From the IMG/VR virus record IMGVR_UViG_3300017783_000023, positions 1-57,229 of that record: 57,229 bases of DNA; one strand, 5' to 3'. Positions 34,615 to 45,338 of the stretch are shown here, piece after piece. The notes beneath the pieces were generated by a model. It did no database searches. It worked only from the letters and a program-made list of their open reading frames with translations, and was not told where the DNA came from. The position numbers and the translations under genes were made by a program. Source of the DNA: a virus. Its lineage: Duplodnaviria; Caudoviricetes. Each line of letters begins with the position of its first letter. Positions within the stretch are counted from its first letter, which is position 1.

Positions 34615-35949
34615 GTGGCAACTAAACGTATATCCCAATTAGATACGATTGCAGACGCACTCGTTACTGGCGAGGCAATTCTGCCCATCGTTATCTCTGA
34701 CCCTCTAATTCCTAACAGGAAGGCGAAGGTAAATCAATTATTTCGTGGAGTAACGGCAGGATCGGCGGCAGCGCCTGGTCTTGCCTTTGACTTGGATCGT
34801 GATACTGGTATCTACCAGTCTGCGATTAACGAAATTGGGATGACATTTGGTAGTGCTTCTCTTTATAATACGAGAAGATTAAATACTGACGGATCATCAA
34901 CTCTTGTTATTCGTGCTATTGATACAGCATCTGCAACATCTAGTATTGAGATGACACCCCAAGGTAGTGGATACTTCACTATCAATGGTCCTATCATTCA
35001 AACTGATGCACAATTCTTCTTGCAGGGGGATCAAAATCCCGCAAAGAGGGTGCAATTTAACGTTGATACGATTTCTACACAGTCTGGCACACGTAGGTTT
35101 GATTTGCCTAATGTAGGCACAAACACAAGTACAACAGTACTTGCTAACGATACATTCCAGACTATTACAAATAAAACGATCATCATTAAGGACGCAGAAT
35201 TACAGATCACAGGATCTACTGCTACTGATAAGATCGCTAAGTTTGAGTGTGACGCCTGGGAATCACCAGGTCAGCATACTTATAAGTTGCCTGATTTTGG
35301 CGCTGCTGTGACTCAATCCACATTGCTGGATGACATCACAGATCAGAATGTGTTTAACAAGAATATGGTTAACCCCACATTCTCTAACACACCATCTACT
35401 GATGAGCAAAATGATCCTACTCGTTATGTAATCTTTGATTCGGCATTGCTTACCAATAATCGCACGGTAACATTCCCCGACTTAAATATTAAAGTTGTTG
35501 GTGAAGCATCAACCCAAACTCTTACTAACAAAGTTTATAAGGGTGCAGTTTTTGCTGACATTGGAGATGAAACTAGAAAGATTCAACTGGATCTATCTAA
35601 CATTGCAGATAACCAAACCTATGCGTTTGAGTTTCCCAATGATGATGTAGCAGCACCATTGAATACTTCAGGGACTAATACCCTCGTATCAGAGAGAAAG
35701 ACTCAGACTCTCTATAATAAAACTCTAGAATTGGCAAAGATAAATAATCCTAACGATGCGAATGGCATCATTAGTATTGATGCTACTAACCTAACAGGTA
35801 GTCGCACTATCCAATTCCCCGACGCTGACGCTACATTGCTGTCTACTAATAACATTAGTAACGTTGCAATTAGTTTCGGTGGCGCACTCGCCGCTCCTGT
35901 ATTGGGCGGATCAATTAGACTACAATCATTTTTCCAAGCAGGTTGGTAA
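34615..35949 (+). CDS. virion structural or tail fibre-associated protein
   Basis: ATKRISQL, GSAAAPGLAF..DTGIY, repeated QTLTNK motifs; TATAAATA at 34579-34586. Confidence 0.75.
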   Translation: MATKRISQLDTIADALVTGEAILPIVISDPLIPNRKAKVNQLFRGVTAGSAAAPGLAFDLDRDTGIYQSAINEIGMTFGSASLYNTRRLNTDGSSTLVIRAIDTASATSSIEMTPQGSGYFTINGPIIQTDAQFFLQGDQNPAKRVQFNVDTISTQSGTRRFDLPNVGTNTSTTVLANDTFQTITNKTIIIKDAELQITGSTATDKIAKFECDAWESPGQHTYKLPDFGAAVTQSTLLDDITDQNVFNKNMVNPTFSNTPSTDEQNDPTRYVIFDSALLTNNRTVTFPDLNIKVVGEASTQTLTNKVYKGAVFADIGDETRKIQLDLSNIADNQTYAFEFPNDDVAAPLNTSGTNTLVSERKTQTLYNKTLELAKINNPNDANGIISIDATNLTGSRTIQFPDADATLLSTNNISNVAISFGGALAAPVLGGSIRLQSFFQAGW

Positions 35950-35956
35950 TTAACAA

Positions 35957-38191
35957 ATGACAGCAGGAAGACTCGCAGCAAAGAAACCAGGAGCAACCAC
36001 GAATGCGGTGCTCTATAGATGTCCTACTACTGTAACTGGCAGCACAGTTGTTAATGTGTGCAACCAGTCTGGCAGTGGTGCGACATATCGTATGGCACTC
36101 CGTGATTATGATCAGGTGCTCCATTTAAATGGACCTGAATCAGAAAACGGTGGACTAGCATCTTCGTATGACTTTACGAAAGGAAATCCAATTTCAGCAT
36201 ATAGGGTGAAGTTGAATCCTGGTTTCCAATATTCGGATGCAATCCCTGGTACAAACTTCACCACAACTAATGGTGCTAAAGGTACGATCCTAGACATCTA
36301 TAAAGATAGTAGTGATCTCACCTATTACACTAAAGTTATTGATATTTCTTCCACAGCACTTACTGCAGACAGTCTTGCTGGTGTATTTACCGCTGGTGAA
36401 ACTGTTACAGGTGGTGGATCTGGATATACTGCAACTTTCCGTGGGATGGAGGGAAATACTGGCGCATTCCTTGAGTTTGGGTCATATGCTACTGGTGTAA
36501 CTACCATGGCATTCTCTCGCACTACAGGTCTTGCTGATGGGATGTATGTTACTTTAGGTACTACTGATGAAGTAGGTGCTGAAGTTGTATCCATTGATGC
36601 ATCTGGTATTGATGATGCTCTTGCTCAGGTAACTGTTTCACGTAGTGCATTAGGCACAACTGCTCGCGTAGTTCCTGCTGGTTTGGCAGCAAATGCCTGG
36701 TCTGCCTCTGCAACTGTAACCACTATTAACGAAGGTGCAGTATACATTGGCGGTGATGTAACACTAACTGTTACTGACTCTACTGGATTTGTTTCTGGTG
36801 GTGTCGTGCTGATCGACAATGAGTTAGCATCTATTGAGCAAGTTAATGGTAATGACCTAACCCTTACTCGTGGTGTATATGGTACTGCTGATGTTGATCA
36901 CAATGATGGCGTCAATGTCACATTGTTAGTTGATAACGGTGTATATCTAGTCAACTACTTCCAGGAAGGAGAGACTATCACTGGCACAAACTCTAACGCA
37001 TCTGCTGGAATGGGTTTTGATGCTGCTACCAGCGCACTTATCCAATCAAAATTTGTCACTACTACCACAAACGCTGGTGCTGATCATGTTTACAATGCTA
37101 ACTTTACGCTAGACATTGATAGGACTTTCATCTTTGACTTGTCGGATGCTACTTGTAGTAACTATCCTCTAAAGTTCTCTGCTGATTCTCCAGAAGGCAC
37201 CAACGGATCACCTCCAGGCACTGAGTATACTCAAGGAGTTAGTAAAGTGGGCACAGCAGGTACTGCTGGTGCATATACTTCTATTCTAATTGATGATAAC
37301 ACTGCAATTAACATGTTTGCTTATGCAGACGGACTAGATGGCAGTAGCAATCCTGGCACTACACAAAACGTTGGTTTTGGAATCAATGTCTCTACCGACC
37401 CAGTATATACTGATATTTACATCTATGATGTTACTGGTGAGGCATTAGTGGCAGCAGATTCTTTCACAATCAACAATGTTACTCAGACTGTAGAACCTTC
37501 GGGTGTTTATCCTGGTCCATATGGTTATGTGATGGATTGGGATCCTGCAAAAGCACACCTTAAAGTTGCTTTGGGTGAAGGATCTGCAGTATTTGCAGAT
37601 AACACTGAGTTTTACGATACGCCAACACTTAATAATGGCACTCGTATCATGTCTAAGGCAGTTACTGGTAAGATCTTGTCACTTACTGCTATCGGTGCTG
37701 CTGATGCTGGTCGTGTTGCAGGCACATATACAAACCTAACTGCTGATGCTACTGGTGCTTCAGGTGATATTGCTACAGCAAAATTCACTGTAGTTGTTGA
37801 TGGATCAGGTGCTGCAACTGTTACTATTGTTGATGGTGGTGAAGACTTCGCTGCTGCTGAAACTGTACAGATCAATGATGGTCAGTTGGGTAATGGTGGC
37901 GGTGCTGCATTGACATTTGATGTTAATACTATCTCTACTGCAGAAACTACCAGTCAAACTGGATTGTATTCTGCTGAAGATTACATGTATTATGATGCTG
38001 CTGTTGCAGCAAATACCACTGCTAAAGTAACTGGTGTTGTAGTTGGACCAGGACAAAACGTCCTTGTGTATTCATCTGCTGCAGACTTGAGTTATGTTGT
38101 TGATGGTTTTGAATCTCCATCTGAAGATTACACTGTAGTCCAGATGACTAAGATTACTACTGACGACGGCGGCGGCGGTGTTGCTCCGTAA
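35957..38191 (+). CDS. virion structural protein
   Basis: 744 aa Thr/Gly-rich; N- and C-terminal halves of a split small domain (VVNVCNQ.../VVVGPGQNVLV). Confidence 0.75.
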   Translation: MTAGRLAAKKPGATTNAVLYRCPTTVTGSTVVNVCNQSGSGATYRMALRDYDQVLHLNGPESENGGLASSYDFTKGNPISAYRVKLNPGFQYSDAIPGTNFTTTNGAKGTILDIYKDSSDLTYYTKVIDISSTALTADSLAGVFTAGETVTGGGSGYTATFRGMEGNTGAFLEFGSYATGVTTMAFSRTTGLADGMYVTLGTTDEVGAEVVSIDASGIDDALAQVTVSRSALGTTARVVPAGLAANAWSASATVTTINEGAVYIGGDVTLTVTDSTGFVSGGVVLIDNELASIEQVNGNDLTLTRGVYGTADVDHNDGVNVTLLVDNGVYLVNYFQEGETITGTNSNASAGMGFDAATSALIQSKFVTTTTNAGADHVYNANFTLDIDRTFIFDLSDATCSNYPLKFSADSPEGTNGSPPGTEYTQGVSKVGTAGTAGAYTSILIDDNTAINMFAYADGLDGSSNPGTTQNVGFGINVSTDPVYTDIYIYDVTGEALVAADSFTINNVTQTVEPSGVYPGPYGYVMDWDPAKAHLKVALGEGSAVFADNTEFYDTPTLNNGTRIMSKAVTGKILSLTAIGAADAGRVAGTYTNLTADATGASGDIATAKFTVVVDGSGAATVTIVDGGEDFAAAETVQINDGQLGNGGGAALTFDVNTISTAETTSQTGLYSAEDYMYYDAAVAANTTAKVTGVVVGPGQNVLVYSSAADLSYVVDGFESPSEDYTVVQMTKITTDDGGGGVAP

Positions 38192-38231
38192 ATATTGATC
38201 ATAAATACTCAAGAAGAAGGATTCCTGAAGA

Positions 38232-41200
38232 ATGGCACTTACTCGTCTTAAGAATATCATCACATCTAGGACTGGACGTATTATATACGTCAACCCTGAT
38301 GATTTTGATGCATCGGACGCATACGATAATAGAGGTAACTCCGCACTGCGTCCCTTTAAGTCGTTGCAACGTGCATTCCTTGAAGTGTCAAGATTTTCGT
38401 ATCGCGTTGGTCTAAGTAATGACGAATTCGATGCATTCTCGATCTATCTGTATCCTTCTGAGTATGTAATCGATAATCGTCCAGGTCTTGCTGACTATAA
38501 TCAGATTCAACCATTTAATGAAAACACTAATTTTGATCTGACATCTGCCAGTAATGAACTTTATAAATTTAATTCAACTCGTGGCGGTGTTATCTGTCCT
38601 CGTGGTGTCTCTGTTGTTGGTTCGGACCTACGTCGAACCAAGATCATTCCGAAATATGTCCCTTATCCCACAGTACAGGGTAGTCTCGGTATTACTGCTG
38701 CTAACGAACCTGGTCCTGCTGCTATTTTTAGGTTAACAGGTGGTTGTTACTTCTGGCAGATGTCATTCTTTGATGGTGACAATACTGGGGTATACTATCG
38801 CGATGATTTGTCCCAAATTGCCCCTAATTTCTCTCATCACAAACTAACTTGTTTTGAGTATGCTAATGGTGCAGATCTAGAGTTATATTACCAGAAAATC
38901 TCTAAAGGTTACGCAGTTATTCCTGATACTTCAGGTTTGCCTGCACAAGACCAGTTGCAAGCAAGGGTTGAGGAAAATAGGATCGTTGGTCCTATCTCTG
39001 ATGAATTTGCTGTATCCCAGATCATTAGAAATGGACAAACTGCCACAGCATTTACGGTTGATGAACTTGGTAACCCGAAGAATCATGGATTCTCCGTGGG
39101 TGTCGCTGTTAATATTTCTGGCGTTACAGGTCCTACTGACCAAGATGCTCTCCTCTACAATGGATCATTCCTGGTAACATCTGCACAAGGTAACCAGTTT
39201 ACTTATCAGATGTCATCTGAACCGTCAGGTAATGCATTAGGTAGTAATGTCCTGGTTAAAGTTGAGATCGATACTGTTGACTCTGCATCACCATATTGTT
39301 TCAACCTCTCACTGAGATCAGTTTGGGGCATCAATGGAATGCACGCTGATGGTAGTGAAGCAACTGGATTTAAGTCGATGGTTGTGGCTCAATTCACTGG
39401 AATTAGCCTTCAAAAAGATGATAGAGCGTTTGTATTGTATAACCCCAACACGGGAGCATATGAAGCACAAGCAGCAGGGTCTGGCGCACACATTAACGGA
39501 CTATGTAAATACCGTAAAGGGTGGCGTCACGTCCATATTCATGCATCAAACGATGCATTCATTCAGGTTGTGTCTGTTTTCGCTGTGGGATTTGGTGACC
39601 ATTTCTTTAGTGATAGTGGCGGTGACCTTTCCATTACTAACTCTAACTCTAACTTCGGAAACACATCCTTACGATCTAAAGGTTTTAAAGCGGCATCTTT
39701 TACAAAGGATAAAGCAGGGCAGATAACACACGTTATCCCTCCTAAGTCCTTGAGTGATGTTGATGAGATTTCAATCAACTGGGTTACAATTGATATTACC
39801 AAGACTAAATCAGTTGCTGATCCTACCAAACTATTCATATATGGTTACACCACTGAGACTGGAAGACCACCAAGTAAGGTCCAAGGTTATACAATTGGTG
39901 CAAGAAGAGACGATGTAAACACACCTGATCGTTTATATGTCCTCCTAGTTGCATCTGGAGCAGAAGAACCCACACCACATTTCGCTGACATCAATCCTTC
40001 TGGTAAGGAGGTAACTGGCACTCGTGGTGGTGATGATGAATCCCCACTGAAGTGGGATAGTGGTAATGGACAGTGGTATATTCAGGTTGATAGTAGTGCT
40101 AACACAATCTATACAACTTTACAAGCAAATAGCGTATACAGTAACCTAGGATTCACACCTACGACATATATCCGTCGTGTGCCTGATGCACGTAACCTGG
40201 TTGACAGAGTATATCGTTACCGTTATGTGCTGGACAAAGATGCATTCCCAGTGCCTAGAGAACCTATCACTGGTTTCGTATTACAACCTAGATCTAGTGA
40301 GACAAACTCCCCTGCATATAGTAAGTCATACTATGTGTATTCAACGGAAACCTATCAGACATTTGAAAGAGGTGTTACCGATGGTATCTACTATCTGACA
40401 CTGTTGAATGCGTCAGTATCACCATCTACCTCTAACTTCAACGACTTCTTCTTCTCACAGCAGACAGTTGACCTCTATCCTGCATTCGATAGAGATAACC
40501 CTGTTGCTGATCCTGCTGCATCAGTATCTGTTGCAGATAATGAGATCTTGGGACTTGTTACTACTACCGATGGTGCTTCTCCTGTTGCTAATGAGGATAC
40601 AGAGAGATCTATTACGAAAGAGACATCCCAATTCTTCTTGCTGGAGAGTGAGAATAACCTAGGTTATAACACTACATCCAACGTGCTGAATGGTATTTCT
40701 GTTACTGCACGCCTCGGTGAAGCAGAAGATCGTAAGATCCCACTGAAACTTAACGCTGACAATAGTGTCCAACCTATTCTTTGTGAGTTGAGAAGATACT
40801 CTATTCTTAGAGCATCTGGTCACACGTTTGAGTATCTTGGTTTTGGTCCTGGTAACTATTCAACTGCATTCCCATCTACACAGGTGGAAGTGCTCAGTCC
40901 TGCCATGGTTAGACTATCACAGTCACTGAAAGAAGCAGCAGGTGTTGCATACTATTCAGGTGTTAACTCTGATGGTGAACTGTTTGTTGGTAACCAGGTT
41001 ATTAACCCAGTTACAGGTCAGATCACTAACGAGGATATTGCACAACTTAACGTGTTGGGTGAGGAAGGTACAACTATTGAGACATTCTCTGAGTTGGTGC
41101 TGACTGATAAACTAACTGTTATTGGTGGTGCATCTAACCAATTGGAATCAGTATTCTCTGGTCCAGTGACTTTCCAGAAGAAGTTAACATCGCAGGATAC

Positions 41201-41804
41201 AGTCCAGACGGTTAACTTCACACTATCTAATGAAGATGGCACCGTGTTGAGAAACATGTTGATGGCAGAAGAGGATTCTTCAGGTAACCCTGAAGTTGAC
41301 GCTACATTGGCATATAATAGTGGTGATATCTGCTATAACATTGATTGGGTGCCTGGTGTTGCTATTGGTTGGATTTATGACGCAGGCACTTGGTATAAAT
41401 TTGGTCTGAGTGATACTACTCCTATTACATCTAACAGATTTAGTGGTGTAACACATTATGGTATTGGCATCGCTCCTGATGCTGCAAATAGAATGAGAAT
41501 CTCTGGTAACGTCGAAGTTACTGGTGATATTGATGTTACTGGTAAGTATGGTTGCGCTGATAAATACTCTTTAGCAACTGGTATTAATAACGGTAACAAT
41601 GGTGTGATGTATACTGGTAATGCATCAACTACATCATTTGCTATCTCTCCAGGTCACACTGCATATTCATTATTGGTATTCTTGAATGGTGTTTGTCAAC
41701 GTCCAGGTGTAGACTATACAGTTACTGCTAACGCTGTAGACTTCTCCATCGGCACTGTCCCTCAGACAGGAGACAACATTCAGATTCGTGAATTGGTTAT
41801 CTAA
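38232..41804 (+). CDS. large virion structural or tail fibre protein
   Basis: RPFKSLQRA, SASPY.FNLSLRSVWG..GMHADGS, SMVVAQFTG, RASGHTFEY.GFGPGNYSTAFP, C-terminal VFLNGV.Q module; ATAAATA at 38201. Confidence 0.8.
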   Translation: MALTRLKNIITSRTGRIIYVNPDDFDASDAYDNRGNSALRPFKSLQRAFLEVSRFSYRVGLSNDEFDAFSIYLYPSEYVIDNRPGLADYNQIQPFNENTNFDLTSASNELYKFNSTRGGVICPRGVSVVGSDLRRTKIIPKYVPYPTVQGSLGITAANEPGPAAIFRLTGGCYFWQMSFFDGDNTGVYYRDDLSQIAPNFSHHKLTCFEYANGADLELYYQKISKGYAVIPDTSGLPAQDQLQARVEENRIVGPISDEFAVSQIIRNGQTATAFTVDELGNPKNHGFSVGVAVNISGVTGPTDQDALLYNGSFLVTSAQGNQFTYQMSSEPSGNALGSNVLVKVEIDTVDSASPYCFNLSLRSVWGINGMHADGSEATGFKSMVVAQFTGISLQKDDRAFVLYNPNTGAYEAQAAGSGAHINGLCKYRKGWRHVHIHASNDAFIQVVSVFAVGFGDHFFSDSGGDLSITNSNSNFGNTSLRSKGFKAASFTKDKAGQITHVIPPKSLSDVDEISINWVTIDITKTKSVADPTKLFIYGYTTETGRPPSKVQGYTIGARRDDVNTPDRLYVLLVASGAEEPTPHFADINPSGKEVTGTRGGDDESPLKWDSGNGQWYIQVDSSANTIYTTLQANSVYSNLGFTPTTYIRRVPDARNLVDRVYRYRYVLDKDAFPVPREPITGFVLQPRSSETNSPAYSKSYYVYSTETYQTFERGVTDGIYYLTLLNASVSPSTSNFNDFFFSQQTVDLYPAFDRDNPVADPAASVSVADNEILGLVTTTDGASPVANEDTERSITKETSQFFLLESENNLGYNTTSNVLNGISVTARLGEAEDRKIPLKLNADNSVQPILCELRRYSILRASGHTFEYLGFGPGNYSTAFPSTQVEVLSPAMVRLSQSLKEAAGVAYYSGVNSDGELFVGNQVINPVTGQITNEDIAQLNVLGEEGTTIETFSELVLTDKLTVIGGASNQLESVFSGPVTFQKKLTSQDTVQTVNFTLSNEDGTVLRNMLMAEEDSSGNPEVDATLAYNSGDICYNIDWVPGVAIGWIYDAGTWYKFGLSDTTPITSNRFSGVTHYGIGIAPDAANRMRISGNVEVTGDIDVTGKYGCADKYSLATGINNGNNGVMYTGNASTTSFAISPGHTAYSLLVFLNGVCQRPGVDYTVTANAVDFSIGTVPQTGDNIQIRELVI

Positions 41805-41837
41805 AAAAATAAATAGTTACACTAATCGGGGTCTAGA

Positions 41838-42692
41838 ATGTCCACTAAGATTATAGGAAACCAGATTGATCAGGTTACCCGTGCCATTGTTGAGGCATTA
41901 CAGGTAACCGAGCAGATCAATCTTCCTGCACTCAATCAAGCAGCAGTTACCGCCTTAGGTACTCCTGCCTTTGGTACTTTGGTTTATAATGAAACCGAAG
42001 ACATGGCGCAGATCTATAAGCAAGATGCTGCCCAAGGTGCTGCTGGATGGACTGATGTTGGTGGCGGTGGTCCTTCATTGGGTGAAGGATCTATTATCAG
42101 GACTAACGGTAAGAATATCCAAGAGAATATTACTGTTGGTGTGACTGCTAATGGTGCGCCCGAATTTGCCAACGGATTTACTGCTGGTCCAGTTTCTATC
42201 GATAATGGTTTCACGGTTACTGTTGAATCAGGAGCAACGTGGAATATTATTGGTGAAGAAGATGCAGCAACTGCACAATTTACTGAGATTACCTCAGGTA
42301 ATATAACATCGACAGGCACACTGCACTTTAGCGAAACTAAAGAAAGTATTACATTCTATAATACTACTAGCACTGTTACTCACGACTTTAATAATAACAA
42401 CTGCATCTTTGTCACTAAGACAGGTGGTGGTAACTTTACATTGAATCTACTCAATGTCCCCACAGATAATGCTGGATATAGTATTACTGTTATTGTCAAT
42501 AATAAAGGTGGTGCTGGTGTGCCTTCTACATTAAATATTGATGGTGTGACACAGGATATTCACTGGGCAGGAGCATCACAACCAGGACAGAATCAACCCA
42601 TTATTGTAGTTAGTTTTGCTCTGATTGCATTCAATACTGGTCAGGAAGGTGGTCAGTATACAGTATTAGGTAGTGGAGCAAATTACGGATGA
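41838..42692 (+). CDS. virion structural or fibre protein
   Basis: 284 aa; GEGSIIRTN...TAGPVSI..G.TVTV..GATW.I; ATAAATA at 41809. Confidence 0.7.
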   Translation: MSTKIIGNQIDQVTRAIVEALQVTEQINLPALNQAAVTALGTPAFGTLVYNETEDMAQIYKQDAAQGAAGWTDVGGGGPSLGEGSIIRTNGKNIQENITVGVTANGAPEFANGFTAGPVSIDNGFTVTVESGATWNIIGEEDAATAQFTEITSGNITSTGTLHFSETKESITFYNTTSTVTHDFNNNNCIFVTKTGGGNFTLNLLNVPTDNAGYSITVIVNNKGGAGVPSTLNIDGVTQDIHWAGASQPGQNQPIIVVSFALIAFNTGQEGGQYTVLGSGANYG

Positions 42693-43651
42693 GTATTGGT
42701 GTTACTGGTATTAATTCTGCTATTGGTCAGACTTTAGGTAAATTTGGTGCTGATGGTGGTACTGGTGGATCTAGTAGTGGTGGCGGCGGTGGTGGTGGAC
42801 CAACGGTTTCTGTTAGAAACATAGGTGCTACTACCAGCGTTTATGAAGCAAGTGCTGGCACTACTATATCAATGAGTGGTGAATCATCACAAACAGGAGT
42901 TATATATGATGTAGTTGTTACTGCTCCTATTAATGCCACTATTAAAGCATGGGGTGGTGGCGGTGGTGGCACAAAGAGATCTTCTGGCGTAACTGGTGGT
43001 AATGGTGGTTATTCCACAGGATCATATACTTTCCAACCAGGTAGTTATATTTTTTATATTGGTGGTGCTGGAGAAGGTGGAAGTGAAAATCCAGCATCAA
43101 ATACTGCATATGGTGCAGTAGCAACTGGTGGTGGTAAATCTGGTAGTTCTACATCTTCAGATTTTGATGGTGCTGGTGGTGGAGGATTTACTGGAGTAAT
43201 TGCAGGTAGTGTTACTTCCCCAGCACAATCAAATTCTGTCATAATTGCAGGCGGTGGTGGCGGTGGATCTGGTGATACTGCTACAGGTGGCAATGGCGGC
43301 GGCAGTACAGGCGGAAATGCCTCTAATTGCTGCTCTCGTGGCGGTGGCGGTGGATCACAAACTGGTGGCGGCAGTGCTGGATCAGGTGCTGGTGGTGGTA
43401 GTGCTCTGATAGGTGGTAACGGCAGTGGTGTCGGTGCTGGCGGCGGTGGCGGTTACTACGGCGGTGGCGGTGGTGGTTCTTCAGGTCCAGGCGGCGGTGC
43501 TGGCGGGTCAGGATATATTGGGGGTGTTACAGGTGGATCCACGAGTACAACTCTAAATACAAGTGACAGTGCTTATGTTAGTCCTTGTGGCGGTGGTGGT
43601 GCTAATGGTCAACGAGGCAGTTGTGGATTACTTGTCATTGTTTTTTCATAA
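42689..43651 (+). CDS. glycine-rich (polyglycine-II type) fibre/adhesin protein
   Basis: KAWGGGGGG, IIAGGGGGG, GGGGGYYGGGGG, GGGAGGSGYI motifs. Confidence 0.75.
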   Translation: MSIGVTGINSAIGQTLGKFGADGGTGGSSSGGGGGGGPTVSVRNIGATTSVYEASAGTTISMSGESSQTGVIYDVVVTAPINATIKAWGGGGGGTKRSSGVTGGNGGYSTGSYTFQPGSYIFYIGGAGEGGSENPASNTAYGAVATGGGKSGSSTSSDFDGAGGGGFTGVIAGSVTSPAQSNSVIIAGGGGGGSGDTATGGNGGGSTGGNASNCCSRGGGGGSQTGGGSAGSGAGGGSALIGGNGSGVGAGGGGGYYGGGGGGSSGPGGGAGGSGYIGGVTGGSTSTTLNTSDSAYVSPCGGGGANGQRGSCGLLVIVFS

Positions 43652-43676
43652 ATATAGAGGATAGGAACCGAGTAAG

Positions 43677-44486
43677 ATGGCACAATTAACTGTAAACGCT
43701 GTTAAAGACTTAGGTGGTATTGGTGGATTCACCTTATCAAGTAGTGGTTTGACTGCAAACGGCACATTAACAGTGTCGAATTTGGATATTTCTGGCACTC
43801 TTGCAGGATCATCAAACTATATTGTTCCCAACCCATCAGGAAACGTTGGTAAGTTTTTAACTAACAATGGGTCTAGTCTCACTTGGGGTGACTTGAGTGG
43901 TGCCGCTGGTGTTAGATCTATGCAGGTCTGGACATCTAATGGCACTTGGACTAAACCATCAGGTGTTAAAACTATTATGGTTACTGTTACTGGTGCTGGC
44001 GGAGGAGGATCAGGTCACTGTGAATCTGGTGGTGCTGGAGGTACTTCACAAAGACAGATTGATGTTACTAATGTATCATCAGTGTCAGTCACTATTGGTA
44101 ATCCTGGCGGTGGCACAAACTACTCTGGATGTGGTGGCAGTGGCAATACTTCATCGTTTGGATCATACTGTTCTGGATCAGGTGGTCTTGGTGCAAACTG
44201 TAATCAACAGCACGCAGGTGGATATGGTGGCAACGGATCAGGTGGTACTTTAAATATTTACGGTGGTGGCGGTAATGGTCACGGATCGCACTATTCATAT
44301 GGTAACCACACATCAGGAGTAAGTTACTTCGGTGGATCTCAACCATCATCACATAGAGGATCAAACTATTCTCATAGACATCAATCTCATGCTGCATGGG
44401 GTGCTGGTGGCAATGGTGCTCAACACTCTAATAGGGGTGCTAGAGGGCGTGAAGGTGTTGTCGTAGTCCACGAATTCTACGGATAA
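43677..44486 (+). CDS. Gly/His-rich tail fibre tip protein, paralogue 1
   Basis: WTSNGTWTKPSG, VTGAGGGGSG, SHRHQSHAAWGAGG, GREGVVVVHEFY; ATAAATA at 43648. Confidence 0.8.
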   Translation: MAQLTVNAVKDLGGIGGFTLSSSGLTANGTLTVSNLDISGTLAGSSNYIVPNPSGNVGKFLTNNGSSLTWGDLSGAAGVRSMQVWTSNGTWTKPSGVKTIMVTVTGAGGGGSGHCESGGAGGTSQRQIDVTNVSSVSVTIGNPGGGTNYSGCGGSGNTSSFGSYCSGSGGLGANCNQQHAGGYGGNGSGGTLNIYGGGGNGHGSHYSYGNHTSGVSYFGGSQPSSHRGSNYSHRHQSHAAWGAGGNGAQHSNRGARGREGVVVVHEFYG

Positions 44487-44506
44487 ATAAAACTAAAGAG
44501 ACTATT

Positions 44507-45316
44507 ATGTCACAGATTAGAGTATCATCTATTAAAGACTTATCTGATACCTCTGGATTCTTACTTTCCACGGGTAAGATTCATGCGATCGGAACTTTGA
44601 CAGTCTCTAATATTGTCATCAATGGTAAGATCACAGGTAATGCTGATTATGTGATCCCAAATGTATCAGGTAATGCTGAGAAATTTCTAAGAGCAGGTGC
44701 ATCTGGTCTTGAATGGGCAGTTGCTGGTGGTGCCTCTGGTACCAGATCGCTTCAAGTGTGGACATCTAATGGCACTTGGACTAAACCATCTGATTGTAAA
44801 TCTATCATCGTTACTGTTACAGGTGCTGGTGGAGGAGGATCAGGTCACTGTGAATCAGCAGGTGCAGGTGGTACATCTGAAAGAGTTATTGATGTGACTA
44901 ATGTTAGTAACGTAACAGTTACCATTGGTAATCCTGGTGGTGGCACAAACTATGCAGGATGTGGTGGCAGTGGCAATACTTCATCGTTTGGTAGTTATTG
45001 CTCTGCATCTGGTGGATATGGCGCTAACTGTCGTCAACAACACGCTGGAGGTGTTGGTGGTAATGGGTCAGGTGGTGATCTAAATGTATATGGTGGTGGT
45101 GGCAATGGTCATGGATCACACTACAGTTATGGTAACCATTCCTCTGGTAGATCTTATTGGGGCGGTGGACAACCATCATCTCATGGTCAAGTAAACTATG
45201 CTCATAGACATCAATCTCATGCTGCATGGGGTGCTGGCGGTAATGGTTCTCAGCACGGCAATAGAGGTGCTAGGGGGCGTGAAGGTGTTGTTGTAGTCCA
45301 AGAGTTCTACGGATAA
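44507..45316 (+). CDS. Gly/His-rich tail fibre tip protein, paralogue 2
   Basis: Near-identical C-terminal domain to paralogue 1; ATAAATA at 44483. Confidence 0.8.
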   Translation: MSQIRVSSIKDLSDTSGFLLSTGKIHAIGTLTVSNIVINGKITGNADYVIPNVSGNAEKFLRAGASGLEWAVAGGASGTRSLQVWTSNGTWTKPSDCKSIIVTVTGAGGGGSGHCESAGAGGTSERVIDVTNVSNVTVTIGNPGGGTNYAGCGGSGNTSSFGSYCSASGGYGANCRQQHAGGVGGNGSGGDLNVYGGGGNGHGSHYSYGNHSSGRSYWGGGQPSSHGQVNYAHRHQSHAAWGAGGNGSQHGNRGARGREGVVVVQEFYG

Positions 45317-45338
45317 ATACTAAGTCAGGTCAAACAAA

